Shown here piece by piece: positions 1-9,393 of a DNA stretch of 24,000 nucleotides. The translations under genes were made by a program, and so were the position numbers. The stretch's first letter is position 1. Every line of letters begins with the position of its first letter. Under the pieces are notes generated by a model. The model did not search any database, was not told where the DNA came from, and was given only the letters and a program-made list of their open reading frames with translations. The stretch lies in assembly GCF_001907695.1 (NCBI RefSeq), contig NZ_KV880639.1, positions 50,103-74,102 of the forward strand, given 5' to 3'. Source of the DNA: Thalassospira sp. TSL5-1 (lineage in GTDB: Bacteria > Pseudomonadota > Alphaproteobacteria > Rhodospirillales > Thalassospiraceae).

Positions 1-644
1 TGGCCCTGAAACGCGAACAAAACGGCGACCCGCGTGCAGCAGGCGAACTCAGATTTGCCACAGTGATGTTTTGCGACATCAGCGATTTTACCGCCATGTC
101 GGAAAAACTGGCACCACAACAGGTTATCAGCCTGTTGAATGACTATTTTGACCAGGTCAATGCGCCCATTCGCCATCACGGTGGCGTTGTCATGAATTAT
201 GTCGGTGATGCCCTGCATGCCGCCTTCAATGTGCTGCATGATGACCCCGATCACGCAATACATGCCCTAAATGCCGCCTTGGTCATTCGCCAAATTACCC
301 AAAATTCCCGTTTTGGGGACAACAATCTGATCATGAAAACCAGAATTGGCATTCATTCGGGACCAGTTGTGGCGGGGCCGGTTGGCTCCAATGATCGCAT
401 CGATTTCACCATACAGGGCGATACGGCCAATCTGGCGTCCCGGCTGGAAAATTATAACAAGGAAACTGGGACCGAAATTCTAATCAGCAAAACAACCCAC
501 GATTTGATTATCGCCAATACCGGCCTACAGAAGGATGTAAGCTTTATTGATTTGGGCGAACACGCCATGCGCGGCCGCCAGAAACATATCGGGCTTTTCA
601 CAGTGGCAGATGCCGATATGCCCGCCCGACCAGCGCAAAGCTAG
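1..644 (+). CDS. Class III adenylate/guanylate cyclase catalytic domain protein, 5'-truncated by the window edge
   Basis: The frame of ORF 63..644 stays open back to nt 3 (..RFATVMFCDISDFTAMSE..). Motifs F-x-DI-x-x-FT, YVGDA, RIGIHSGPVVAG and GDTANLASRLE are typical of class III cyclase domains. Confidence 0.8.
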   Translation, partial: ALKREQNGDPRAAGELRFATVMFCDISDFTAMSEKLAPQQVISLLNDYFDQVNAPIRHHGGVVMNYVGDALHAAFNVLHDDPDHAIHALNAALVIRQITQNSRFGDNNLIMKTRIGIHSGPVVAGPVGSNDRIDFTIQGDTANLASRLENYNKETGTEILISKTTHDLIIANTGLQKDVSFIDLGEHAMRGRQKHIGLFTVADADMPARPAQS

Positions 645-688
645 CATCACATAACAGCCCGGCTCAATTGGCATCATGGCAGAAATCG

Positions 689-1615
689 CTACAAGGCGTT
701 TGTCATCCTGTCATGACCCAGGATGTTATCGCGCACGATCTGACGATAGCGGGCGGGTGAAACACCAACTATATAACCAAAACGGGTGGTAAAATGCGCC
801 TGACTGGAAAAACCACACGCCACGGCAATTTCAGCCAACCCCAATTGACCGTCCTGCAACATATGGCGAGACTGTTCGACCCGTTTGCGCAACACAAACT
901 GGTGCGGGGCCTCGCCAAGCGAGACACGAAACATGCGCGAAAAATGAAAAACCGATAAACCCGCCACCCTTGCAAGGTCATCTAGCGTAATGGCACGTTC
1001 CAGATGTGCGGCAATATAATCGGTCACCCGCCGACGCACCACCGCACTTAACCCGCCGCGAATATTGATGATGCCGGGTTTCTGTGCAGTATAATGCGAC
1101 AATAAATGCCCCACCAGGCCATATCCCGCCGTCGACATAACAAGACGATCCGCCGGCGCACTCCAGTCAAGCGGCACAATAACCCGGCGCACCATTTTTT
1201 CGACTGCCGGATCAATCCAGAAAACCTTTTCGGTTAATTCTATTCGGGCGGGGTCTTTGTCCAGTGTTTCAATCACGGCGCGGTTCCAAGCCGCTACTGG
1301 AATATAAAGATGAAACAGCTCCACCTCGCCCCGCACCATCCAGTCTGACGACACATGGGCGGGCATCACACACACGCGCCCGGGCCCGTCCCCCGATAAT
1401 GGCACCGCGCCCTGTTCGCGCAAAATGCCCGTTCCACCATCAAGATACAGGCTGAGTGTGTGGTGATCCGGGTTGTCATAACGGCTTTGCGCATAAGAAT
1501 TTCGCCGCCAGCGAACTGCGGAAATTTCGTCACCAAAATCCCCTGCAGATACAATGTCGGCATTGTTTTTCAGTTCATTAAAAACGGTATAATTCTGATA
1601 GCGGGGCGTTGTCAT
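689..1615 (-). CDS. AraC family transcriptional regulator
   Basis: 308 aa. The C-terminus has a double HTH (LDDLARVAGLSVFHFSRMFR...LAEIAVACGFSSQAHFTTRFGYIVGVSPARYR), the canonical AraC/XylS signature. It is divergent from the transporter at 1811. Confidence 0.85.
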   Translation of the reverse strand: MTTPRYQNYTVFNELKNNADIVSAGDFGDEISAVRWRRNSYAQSRYDNPDHHTLSLYLDGGTGILREQGAVPLSGDGPGRVCVMPAHVSSDWMVRGEVELFHLYIPVAAWNRAVIETLDKDPARIELTEKVFWIDPAVEKMVRRVIVPLDWSAPADRLVMSTAGYGLVGHLLSHYTAQKPGIINIRGGLSAVVRRRVTDYIAAHLERAITLDDLARVAGLSVFHFSRMFRVSLGEAPHQFVLRKRVEQSRHMLQDGQLGLAEIAVACGFSSQAHFTTRFGYIVGVSPARYRQIVRDNILGHDRMTNAL

Positions 1616-1810
1616 TTAATCAGAAATTCCAAAGGCGGGGCAGACAAACCATGTCCTTATACTGCCCCGCCAAGCCGGATTTGACCAGCCTCGCCCTGAT
1701 TATTGGGCATTTTTGCGCAAGATTATAAAAAAAACCGCAATATCGTGAAAGCCATGCAACAAATTTCAGCCTATATCTACCATCAATAATATGATGAGTA
1801 AGAGTGCCCC

Positions 1811-2719
1811 ATGACCGCTGCCCTGTTCGCCATTGTCACCCTGTGCTGGGGATTTACCTGGTACGCCATCAAACTGCAACTTGGTGCGATACCGATTGAA
1901 ATATCGATATTCTACCGATTTGCACTTGCCGCAGCGGTTCTTGCGGCCTTTATGGCCCTAACCGGTCGCCTGCGACCTGTGCCGTGGCGGGCCCATCCGT
2001 GGATATTTCTGTTGGGCTGCGGGCTTTTCGCCATCAACTTCATTTTGATGTATACCGCCTCGTCCTATATCGCCAGCGGCATTATCGCCGTATTATTTAC
2101 CACATCGACCATCTTTAATGCCCTGGGCAACTGGGTGTTTTACGGCCAGCGCCCCGGTATGCGCTTTGTCGGCGGTGCCATACTGGGTTTGGGCGGTATC
2201 GTTTGCCTGTTTGCCAACCAGCTGGCAACGCTGTCGCACAATGCAGCGGCCATTACCGGCATGGCCTGTGCCCTCGGTGGCACGGCGGTTTTCGCGGCTG
2301 GCAATATGGTATCGGTAAAATTGCACAAAATGGGCATCCCCACCCGCGATGCCGTCGTGCGCGGCATGGCCTATGGTGCAGCGTTGTTGCTGGTATTTAG
2401 TTTGTTGCGCGGTGAAGTGCCGGTTTTACCGATGGATCCCTATTACATTGCCGGGTTGCTTTATCTGGCTATTCCAGGCTCGATCATTGCGTTTTTGGCC
2501 TATCTGGCGCTGGTTAACCGGGTTGGCGCGGGCAAGGCGGCCTATGTCACGGTCCTGTTTCCTGTCGTGGCGCTTACGGTTTCAACCTTTCTTGAAGGCT
2601 ATATCTGGACGCCAACAGGGGCTGCGGGGCTTGCGTTAATTTTACTGGGTAACATCACCATTTTTGCCCGTATACCGACGCGCAAACGCAAAATACCGGC
2701 ACCAGAGATCGCACAATGA
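1811..2719 (+). CDS. EamA/DMT (drug/metabolite transporter) family permease
   Basis: 302 aa with about 10 hydrophobic segments. The two-halves EamA pattern is present (LCWGFTWYAIK..., ...AYLALVNRVGAGKAAYVTVLFPVVA). Confidence 0.85.
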   Translation: MTAALFAIVTLCWGFTWYAIKLQLGAIPIEISIFYRFALAAAVLAAFMALTGRLRPVPWRAHPWIFLLGCGLFAINFILMYTASSYIASGIIAVLFTTSTIFNALGNWVFYGQRPGMRFVGGAILGLGGIVCLFANQLATLSHNAAAITGMACALGGTAVFAAGNMVSVKLHKMGIPTRDAVVRGMAYGAALLLVFSLLRGEVPVLPMDPYYIAGLLYLAIPGSIIAFLAYLALVNRVGAGKAAYVTVLFPVVALTVSTFLEGYIWTPTGAAGLALILLGNITIFARIPTRKRKIPAPEIAQ

Positions 2720-2864
2720 AAAGGTGATCTCCCGTCACAACACCCGCCTTTTCTGAATAAAACCTCAGGTCCGAAAACGGCGAGCACGGGCTAGAAACCC
2801 GAACTACCCTTCTGGAATTGCACCCACAACCTTTGCTCAGGTTTGCAGTTCCAGGAGGACAAAA

Positions 2865-3140
2865 ATGCCCAAAAGCCCCATCAGCACCAAAGCCACCCCT
2901 ATCAACTTTCCACACGAATCATCGCCTGGCCTTGAACCAGCCCCACAATGGCCCAACTGGTTTGACCGTATTCTTAATGGCGTAAACGATTTGATAAAAA
3001 ACTGGGCCCTGTGCCAAATCCGCCGAAGAAACACATTGCGCATCGAAGACATGACAGACAGTCAGCGGGCCGATATTGGCCTGGCACCGCACAAATATGG
3101 TCGGGATATGCGAAACCATCGCTATCTCGCACGATTTTAA
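2865..3140 (+). CDS. Small DUF1127-like protein
   Basis: A strong RBS (AGGAGG) lies 7 nt upstream of the ATG. The C-terminal segment WALCQIRRRNTLRIEDMTDSQRADIGLAP fits the DUF1127 pattern (RRR-x6-L-x-D-x3-DIGL). Confidence 0.55.
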   Translation: MPKSPISTKATPINFPHESSPGLEPAPQWPNWFDRILNGVNDLIKNWALCQIRRRNTLRIEDMTDSQRADIGLAPHKYGRDMRNHRYLARF

Positions 3141-3240
3141 AGCCGCCTTTTGCCGCGATGACAGAGTCCGAAGATGGCGAGCGACAAAAACAAAGTTCTC
3201 CTAGCCTGCTATCCCCGACATACCCAGGCATGGAGCCATC

Positions 3241-4287
3241 ATGGCGCACTCAACATCCTCAAAGACAGCGGCACGCATATCGTCCACCATTTCACCATCA
3301 CCTGCCAATATGCAAACAAAGGTAACCGGCACCACATCGCAAAATATGGATGGCCTTAGCTGGTTTCTTTTAATCACACTTTCCATTTTATGGGGCGGGT
3401 CGTTTTTCTTTACCGAAATTGCCCTGCGCGAATTACCACCCTTCAGCCTGGTGCTTGCCCGGGTGTCACTTGCGGCTGTCATCCTGTGGCTGGTCATCGG
3501 GATGCGAAAAATATCAATCCCGCGCACCGCATTGTTATGGCCCAGTTTTCTAATCATGGGGATTTTAAATAATATGATCCCCTTTTCCCTGATCGTCTGG
3601 AGCCAAACCTACATCGCAAGCGGCCTTGCCGCCATTTTAAACGCCACAACACCGCTTTTCACCCTGATCATCGCCCAAATCGCCACCGATAGCGAAAAGC
3701 TTACCCTGCGAAAAATCATCGGTGTGATGACAGGCTTTATCGGTGTTGTCATTGTCATGGGACTGCCCGCCACAAGCGTCTTGTTCGATATCTCCAATTT
3801 TGGCAACAGCGCAACCGGGCTGTCCCTTGGCGCCATTGCACCGCTGGCCGTGCTCGGTGCCGCCATTTCCTATGGCTGTGCGGGTGTTTTTGGCCGTCGT
3901 TTCAAATCCGTTTCGCCTATTGTCACCGCTGCCGGGCAAACCACGGGCAGCAGCATCATGCTTGCCCCGATTGCCTTGCTGGTGGACAAGCCCTGGCAGT
4001 TGCCAGTGCCGGGTCTAACAACAGGCCTGGCGGTATTGGGCATCGCCGCGATCTCGACAGCACTTGCCTATATCCTGTATTTCAAGCTGCTTAACCGTGC
4101 CGGTGCCAGCAATCTTTTATTGGTGACGTTTCTGATCCCGGTAAGCGCCATTTTATTAGGCGTTGGCTTTTTGGGCGAACAACTGCATGTCACGGATATA
4201 ACCGGAATGATGGTGATCGGGCTGGGCCTCGCGATTATTGATGGCCGGCCACTGGCGTGGCTGTTTAACAGCACCGGTAAATCGTAA
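3241..4287 (+). CDS. EamA/DMT family permease (start uncertain)
   Basis: EamA-type repeats are present (ILWGGSFFFTEIALRELPPF..., ...YILYFKLLNRAGASNLLLVTFLIPV). The first ~35 residues are not transporter-like, so the true start may be ATG 3310 or ATG 3346. No clear RBS is seen at any candidate. Confidence 0.8.
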   Translation: MAHSTSSKTAARISSTISPSPANMQTKVTGTTSQNMDGLSWFLLITLSILWGGSFFFTEIALRELPPFSLVLARVSLAAVILWLVIGMRKISIPRTALLWPSFLIMGILNNMIPFSLIVWSQTYIASGLAAILNATTPLFTLIIAQIATDSEKLTLRKIIGVMTGFIGVVIVMGLPATSVLFDISNFGNSATGLSLGAIAPLAVLGAAISYGCAGVFGRRFKSVSPIVTAAGQTTGSSIMLAPIALLVDKPWQLPVPGLTTGLAVLGIAAISTALAYILYFKLLNRAGASNLLLVTFLIPVSAILLGVGFLGEQLHVTDITGMMVIGLGLAIIDGRPLAWLFNSTGKS

Positions 4288-4509
4288 AAATCACCCTCGG
4301 AAAGGGAAGAAACTCAACATTCTTCACTTAAAAAAGGTGCATGATGCCCCGATAACCAAATGACAATGCACAAAATCACACTTGTGCGGCGTCACGAGTT
4401 GATAAACATCACCCGCCACATTGTATTTTCAATATTGTAAACAAGATAACGGATGAACCATGTGACCTGATAACCATTTTGAAATACCGCATCCCAAAGG
4501 AAGCTGACC

Positions 4510-5577
4510 GTGCCTGACTGCAAGAAATGCGAGACCATGCCCCTACCGCTCCCCCGGCATGGACGACTTTATATTTGGCCGCCTGTTGCCCATACAGGCG
4601 GAAAAATCATCGCGGAAATACGCAAAAGCGGCCATCAGGTCGTGAATAATCTGGCAGTCTCCACCCTATATACCGATTTCGATATCGCAACATTGCCCAG
4701 TGTGATGCAAACCCTGAGTGACACGCTGTCACCTGAAGAAATGGCCGATACCAAGGCACTGATCATGGACAGCACCACGGAACCGGCTGTGGATGACATC
4801 GCGCGCGTTACGTCACTATACGCCATTCATGCCCGCCTCGGTGCAAGCTGGCTGGTTGATGTTTTGGCCGAAAGCAGGCTTCGTTCCGTTTTTCAGCCAA
4901 TTTTTGCCGCCTCGGACCTGACAACACCCTTTTCCCACGAATGCCTGATTCGCGCCGTTGACAGCCAGGGCAACATCATTGCCCCTAACCGGCTTTTTGG
5001 GGCGGCAACCTCGGCGGACCTTGTTTTTCAACTGGATCGAGCGGCACGGGCGGCAAATGTGCGTAATGCCCACGCCGCCGGGATCGACAATATTTTTATC
5101 AATTTCACCCCGTCATCCATTTACGACCCCAATTCCTGTCTGCGCTCCACCCTTCAGATCATTGATGAATGCGGGTTTGACCGCAGCAAGGTGGTGTTCG
5201 AGGTAATTGAAACCGAAAAAATCCACAGCACGGATCATCTTCGCGCCATTTTGAAATCCTATCGGGATTCCGGTTTTCGCGTGGCGCTGGATGATGTTGG
5301 TTCGGGCTATTCGACCCTGAACATGCTCTCGCAATTGCAACCCGACATCATCAAAATCGACCGGGAGCTGATCGATTATGTCGATAACGACATCTATAAG
5401 CAGGCCATTGTCAGCAAGCTGATCGATCTTGCCAAACAAATCGGCATTGAAGTGGTCGCCGAAGGTGTAGAACGCCAGGCAGAGCTTGATTTCCTGCTCT
5501 ATCACGGGGTGGATTATATTCAGGGCTTTTTGCTCGGCAGGCCCTCGCCCACCCGTTTTAGCGCAAGCAACGCCTAA
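4510..5577 (+). CDS. EAL-domain c-di-GMP phosphodiesterase with an uncharacterised ~130-aa N-terminal region
   Basis: GTG start preceded by AAGGAAG. EAL-domain motifs are all present: ECLIR, NFTPSS, FEVIETE, DDVGSGYSTLN, KIDRELI, AEGVERQAE and QGFLLGRP. Confidence 0.85.
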   Translation: MPDCKKCETMPLPLPRHGRLYIWPPVAHTGGKIIAEIRKSGHQVVNNLAVSTLYTDFDIATLPSVMQTLSDTLSPEEMADTKALIMDSTTEPAVDDIARVTSLYAIHARLGASWLVDVLAESRLRSVFQPIFAASDLTTPFSHECLIRAVDSQGNIIAPNRLFGAATSADLVFQLDRAARAANVRNAHAAGIDNIFINFTPSSIYDPNSCLRSTLQIIDECGFDRSKVVFEVIETEKIHSTDHLRAILKSYRDSGFRVALDDVGSGYSTLNMLSQLQPDIIKIDRELIDYVDNDIYKQAIVSKLIDLAKQIGIEVVAEGVERQAELDFLLYHGVDYIQGFLLGRPSPTRFSASNA

Positions 5578-5608
5578 AAAACAAACAGTACAGCCTGCAA
5601 ACAATAGC

Positions 5609-5644
5609 GACGGACCGCTCCATTTGCTGGTCCGTTTTGTTTTA
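5609..5644 (+). terminator. Rho-independent terminator downstream of the EAL gene
   Basis: The stem acggacc (5610-5616) / ggtccgt (5629-5635) is followed by TTTGTTTT. Confidence 0.6.
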
Positions 5645-5760
5645 GAACCAATCAACAAAAGCCATATGTAGATATAAATGGTTGCCAGACCGTTCTCACC
5701 CGTTACAAGAACGACCGAACCCTCTCGCGGCATGACCGCCAATCCATAGACGAGGCCCCA

Positions 5761-5973
5761 ATGAGCGACGTTAAAGACAGCAACGGCACCGAATTGAATG
5801 ACGGTGATTCCGTCACCCTGATCAAGGACCTGAAAGTTAAGGGAACCTCGACCACCCTGAAACGCGGCACTCTGATGAAAAACGTCCGCCTGACCAACAA
5901 GGACAGCGAAGTGGAATGCCGCAACGGCAAAACCACCATCGTGCTGAAAACCGAATTTCTGAAAAAAGCCTGA
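5761..5973 (+). CDS. PhnA/YjdM C-terminal-domain protein (70 aa, no N-terminal zinc ribbon)
   Basis: DSNGTELNDGDSVTLIKDLKVKGTSTTLKRGTLMKNVRL...IVLKTEFLKK matches the conserved PhnA C-terminal domain pattern. GAGG lies about 7 nt upstream of the ATG. Confidence 0.8.
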   Translation: MSDVKDSNGTELNDGDSVTLIKDLKVKGTSTTLKRGTLMKNVRLTNKDSEVECRNGKTTIVLKTEFLKKA

Positions 5974-5987
5974 TCCTGGCACCTTCA

Positions 5988-6039
5988 AAAACAGGGACGA
6001 TCAAAGACAGAATGCTCTGTCCATGATCGTCCCTGTTTT
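5988..6039. terminator. Bidirectional rho-independent terminator between convergent genes
   Basis: A perfect 16-bp inverted repeat aaaacagggacgatca (5988-6003) / tgatcgtccctgtttt (6024-6039) has an inner gacag/ctgtc stem. A-runs and T-runs flank it on both strands. Confidence 0.7.
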
Positions 6040-6056
6040 ATTTGCAACGGCAGAAT

Positions 6057-6335
6057 TTACCGACGGCTCATATGCCGGGCAATTTCGCGGCGGGCGATGC
6101 TTTCGGGCAGACGAAACGCCACTTCCAACTGCGCCCGCGACAGCCCGGTCACATCTCGCAAAATCATGTCATCCAGTTTTTCCAGCGCACGGATATGGTT
6201 GCGATCCTCGCGCCGCATTTGCCAGGCTTTATACAGGCGGCGCAATAAACCAACATTCGGTCGCGCAATGGTCTTTTCCGCCGAATGACGGCTGCGGGTT
6301 AGCGACGAAGGTGCATTCATTGTCTGGGTCATCAT
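6057..6335 (-). CDS. DUF1127 small protein
   Basis: I placed the start at ATG 6335 because AGGAGG (plus-strand cctcct, 6341-6346) lies 5 nt upstream. LLRRLYKAWQMRREDRNHIRALEKLDDMILRDVTGLSRAQLE is a classic DUF1127 signature. The gene is divergent from the LysR gene. Confidence 0.75.
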   Translation of the reverse strand: MMTQTMNAPSSLTRSRHSAEKTIARPNVGLLRRLYKAWQMRREDRNHIRALEKLDDMILRDVTGLSRAQLEVAFRLPESIARREIARHMSRR

Positions 6336-6434
6336 TAGTACCTCCTGTGTTGAGACAACCCTGCCGCACCGATATTGATTAATCAAACGAGAAGATTTAA
6401 CCTTATCTATGAGGAAAACTCAAAAGAGAGAAAC

Positions 6435-7334
6435 ATGAATCCGATTTCCATCCCCCTTCCCAATCTGGACCTTGATCTGGCCCGCACCTTTGTTGCCATT
6501 TGCGAAAGCGGCAATTTCTCCCGCGCGGCAGCGCAAGTCCACCGCAGTGCCTCTGCCATCAGCCTGCAGGTCAAGAAACTGGAGGAAATGGTGGGGCGGG
6601 AGCTTTTTTATCGCGAAACCCGCAAAGTGCGCCTCACCCCGGATGGGGAAGTATTGCTGGGCTATGCGCGACGGTTGCTGAAACTAAATGACGAGGCCTT
6701 TTCCAAATTCCTGCACCCGCAATTTAGCGGTCGTGTTCGCTTGGGTGCGCCCAATGATAACGGCATCGTCGCAATGCCGGAAATTTTGCACCGCTTTGCC
6801 ACCACCCACCCGCATGTCGAGGTGGATGTGTATCTGGGCCCAACCCTTAATTTGCGCCGCCGCATCTCCGAGGGCGAGCTTGATATTGCCATCTTCAGCT
6901 ATAACCCGGAACTGGACCCGCAACCGCCCATTCATGCCGAACCGCTGGTGTGGCTGGCGGCACGCAATGGCACAGCACAGGAAAAACGCCCGCTCCCCAT
7001 GGCGCTGGCAGAACCGGGATGTTACTGGCGGGCAATGGCGCTCAAGGCACTGGACGATGCCGGGCTTAATTACCGCATTGCCTATACCAGCGAGTTCTGC
7101 CAGGCCCAAATCGCCGCCGTCCGGGCCGACCTTGCCATTGCCCCACTGCCCATCAGCGTCATTTCCCCGGATCTGGTGCATCTGGGCTCAGCCCACGGCC
7201 TGCCCGATTTGGGCGAATACCGCATGACCCTGGCGAAGCGCGAAGGGACCGGCGAAATAGAAGATGTTCTGGCCGAGCACATGGTGGCGGGTTTTAAAAC
7301 CATCGCCGAACGCGGCATGCGCCTATTTGCGTAA
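6435..7334 (+). CDS. LysR family transcriptional regulator
   Basis: The N-terminal wHTH (LDLARTFVAICESGNFSRAAAQVHRSASAISLQVKKLEEMVGRELFYRETRKVRLTPDGE) is followed by a LysR substrate-binding fold. I prefer ATG 6435 (MNPISIP...) to the 6375 start given in the ORF track. Confidence 0.85.
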   Translation: MNPISIPLPNLDLDLARTFVAICESGNFSRAAAQVHRSASAISLQVKKLEEMVGRELFYRETRKVRLTPDGEVLLGYARRLLKLNDEAFSKFLHPQFSGRVRLGAPNDNGIVAMPEILHRFATTHPHVEVDVYLGPTLNLRRRISEGELDIAIFSYNPELDPQPPIHAEPLVWLAARNGTAQEKRPLPMALAEPGCYWRAMALKALDDAGLNYRIAYTSEFCQAQIAAVRADLAIAPLPISVISPDLVHLGSAHGLPDLGEYRMTLAKREGTGEIEDVLAEHMVAGFKTIAERGMRLFA

Positions 7335-7393
7335 AACCCAAAAGCCGGAGCCAGCAAGGTGGCCCCGGCATTCTGCGTCACGAAAACAACCGC

Positions 7394-8281
7394 TTAACCA
7401 GCAAAATAGTCAGTATTGCGCATATCCTCCAGCAGCGCCGGCCCGGTGGGTTTCCAGCCCAGATTGGCTCTGGTTTTGGCGGCGGAAGCACGCACATTCA
7501 TCTGGGCGAAATGGATGAACCAGGTAAAATAATCTGCCGCTTCCTCTCGCGTCAGGGCTTTTACTGGCAAATTCAACCCCACACCAATTGCGCTGGCAAT
7601 ATCCTTAAACGCTATGCCTTCTTCACCCACCGCGTGATAAACCGGCAATGGGTCCTGCGCTTCTATCGCATCACAAAAGGCCTTTGCCGCATCGACCCGA
7701 TGCACCGCAGGCCACAAATTTTGCCCGTCTTCAATATAGGCCGCCATGCCCTTTTGCCGGGCAAGGCCAATCAGGATCGGTACAAACCCGTGATCCCCCG
7801 CCCCATGAACGGATGGTGGCAAACGCATTAACGATGCCCGCACCCCTTGTTCCCGCAAGGCCAGTGTTGCCTGTTCCGATGCCACACGCGGGATTTTGCT
7901 GCTGACCTGATGGTCTTCGGTGGCAATGCCATCCGTTGCGATTAAACCAATCCCCGATGTCACGATCAAAGGCCGGGACGACCCCGCCAGCACCGCCCCC
8001 ATTTCCGCAATCACCTGTCGGTCATGTTCGCAATTTTCGGCATATTTGGAAAAATCATGATTAAAGGCCGTATGGATCACCGCGTCACACCCGGCCGCCC
8101 CCTTGCGCAGGCTTTCCAGGTCGGTCAGATCCCCGCGATGCACCTCTGCCCCGCTTTGTGCCAGCGCGCGAGCGGATGTGCTTGAACGCACCAGGCCCAA
8201 AACCTTATGCCCCCGTGCGATTAATTCCTGCACCACTGCGCTGCCCACAAACCCCGTAGCTCCTGTTACGAAAACACGCAT
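7394..8281 (-). CDS. NAD(P)-binding SDR-family oxidoreductase/epimerase (atypical SDR, NmrA-like)
   Basis: The start was moved to ATG 8281 (MRVFVTGATGFVGSAVV, a Rossmann GxxGxxG motif) with AGGAG upstream. The 36 residues upstream in the ORF track look non-genic. Confidence 0.85.
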   Translation of the reverse strand: MRVFVTGATGFVGSAVVQELIARGHKVLGLVRSSTSARALAQSGAEVHRGDLTDLESLRKGAAGCDAVIHTAFNHDFSKYAENCEHDRQVIAEMGAVLAGSSRPLIVTSGIGLIATDGIATEDHQVSSKIPRVASEQATLALREQGVRASLMRLPPSVHGAGDHGFVPILIGLARQKGMAAYIEDGQNLWPAVHRVDAAKAFCDAIEAQDPLPVYHAVGEEGIAFKDIASAIGVGLNLPVKALTREEAADYFTWFIHFAQMNVRASAAKTRANLGWKPTGPALLEDMRNTDYFAG

Positions 8282-8419
8282 TGCCGTCTCCTGCTTGCTA
8301 TCAATTACATCTTCCAGGCCATATGAGCCGTTTGAATATGCGCAAGATAGGTGATAGCGATTGGACGAACTATGCGCTAAACTCCGCAATAATTTCGCAT
8401 TCGTCCAAAAGGAAGCTTC

Positions 8420-9343
8420 ATGGACCCGTTATCTGATGTGCTGTCATTGCTCAAGCCGCGCGCCTATATGTCGGCGGGCATGGATATTGCCGGGCCGTGG
8501 GGCATTGATTTTCCTTCTTTGGGCCGGGGGATCAAAACCGGGGCCGTGGTGAAGGGTGACTGCTGGCTAGCGGTTCAGGGCGTAAAAGACCCGGTTCACC
8601 TTAAAACCGGGGACTGCTTTTTGCTGCCACATGGACCGGCCTTTTTTCTTGGCAGCAGCCTGGATGCCGATGCTGTTAAGGCAAAGGATTTTTTTGCCGC
8701 GAACACCGGGTTCGGCCATATTCGCACGGTAAAGGACGGCGGCGACTATCTGATTGCCAGCAGCCGCTTTATCCTCGATGGCACACAGGCTGATATGCTT
8801 CTGGCCCTGCTGCCGCCCATCGTGCATATTCGGGAACAGGGCGACTCTGTTGCGCTACGCCATTCCATTGAACGGATGATGGAAGAAATGCGCTGCAACG
8901 AACCAGGCAGCACCCTTGTGTTGCAAAACCTCGCCCATATGATGCTGGTTCAAGCGCTGCGCCAGCATCTGGATAACGCAAAGGATGGCATTGGCTGGTT
9001 CTTTGCCCTGTCGGACCGACAATTGTCGGCGGCCATTAATGCCATTCACAATGACCCGGCCCATCCCTGGAGTGTCGCCCTTCTGGCGAACCTTGCCGGT
9101 ATGTCCCGCTCCGCCTTTGCCGCCAAATTCAGGGACCGTGTTGGCAAAAGCCCGATGGCATACCTGACCCATTGGCGAATGTTACTGGCAGGGGAAAGGC
9201 TGAAGGCTGCCCGAGAACCGGTTTACGTAATCGCACTGGATCTGGGATACGAATCCGAAAGTGCGTTTAGCACCGCGTTCAAACGCGAAATGGGCGTCTC
9301 ACCCCGGCAATATGGACAGCTCAGCAAGACTCGTGCCGCATAA
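8420..9343 (+). CDS. AraC family transcriptional regulator with N-terminal cupin-like domain
   Basis: The C-terminal AraC HTH pair is present (LLANLAGMSRSAFAAKFRDRVGKSPMAYLTHWRM...IALDLGYESESAFSTAFKREMGVSPRQY). The gene is divergent from the SDR gene. Confidence 0.85.
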   Translation: MDPLSDVLSLLKPRAYMSAGMDIAGPWGIDFPSLGRGIKTGAVVKGDCWLAVQGVKDPVHLKTGDCFLLPHGPAFFLGSSLDADAVKAKDFFAANTGFGHIRTVKDGGDYLIASSRFILDGTQADMLLALLPPIVHIREQGDSVALRHSIERMMEEMRCNEPGSTLVLQNLAHMMLVQALRQHLDNAKDGIGWFFALSDRQLSAAINAIHNDPAHPWSVALLANLAGMSRSAFAAKFRDRVGKSPMAYLTHWRMLLAGERLKAAREPVYVIALDLGYESESAFSTAFKREMGVSPRQYGQLSKTRAA

Positions 9344-9368
9344 CGTGGGATCGTCAAAGCCAACAAAC

Positions 9369-9393
9369 CCCGCCAGATGAATTAACTGGCGGG
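9369..9393 (-). terminator. Hairpin at the convergent junction, probably the terminator of the 97-aa gene
   Basis: An 8-bp stem cccgccag (9369-9376) / ctggcggg (9386-9393) overlaps the stop codon of the minus-strand gene. On the minus strand it is followed by GTTTGTTGGCTTT. Confidence 0.4.

Noticed and set aside
5113-5988. A 291-aa ORF on the minus strand.
   Set aside because: It is antisense to the well-supported EAL gene and the PhnA-domain gene. It has no recognisable domain and is a typical shadow ORF in GC-rich coding sequence.
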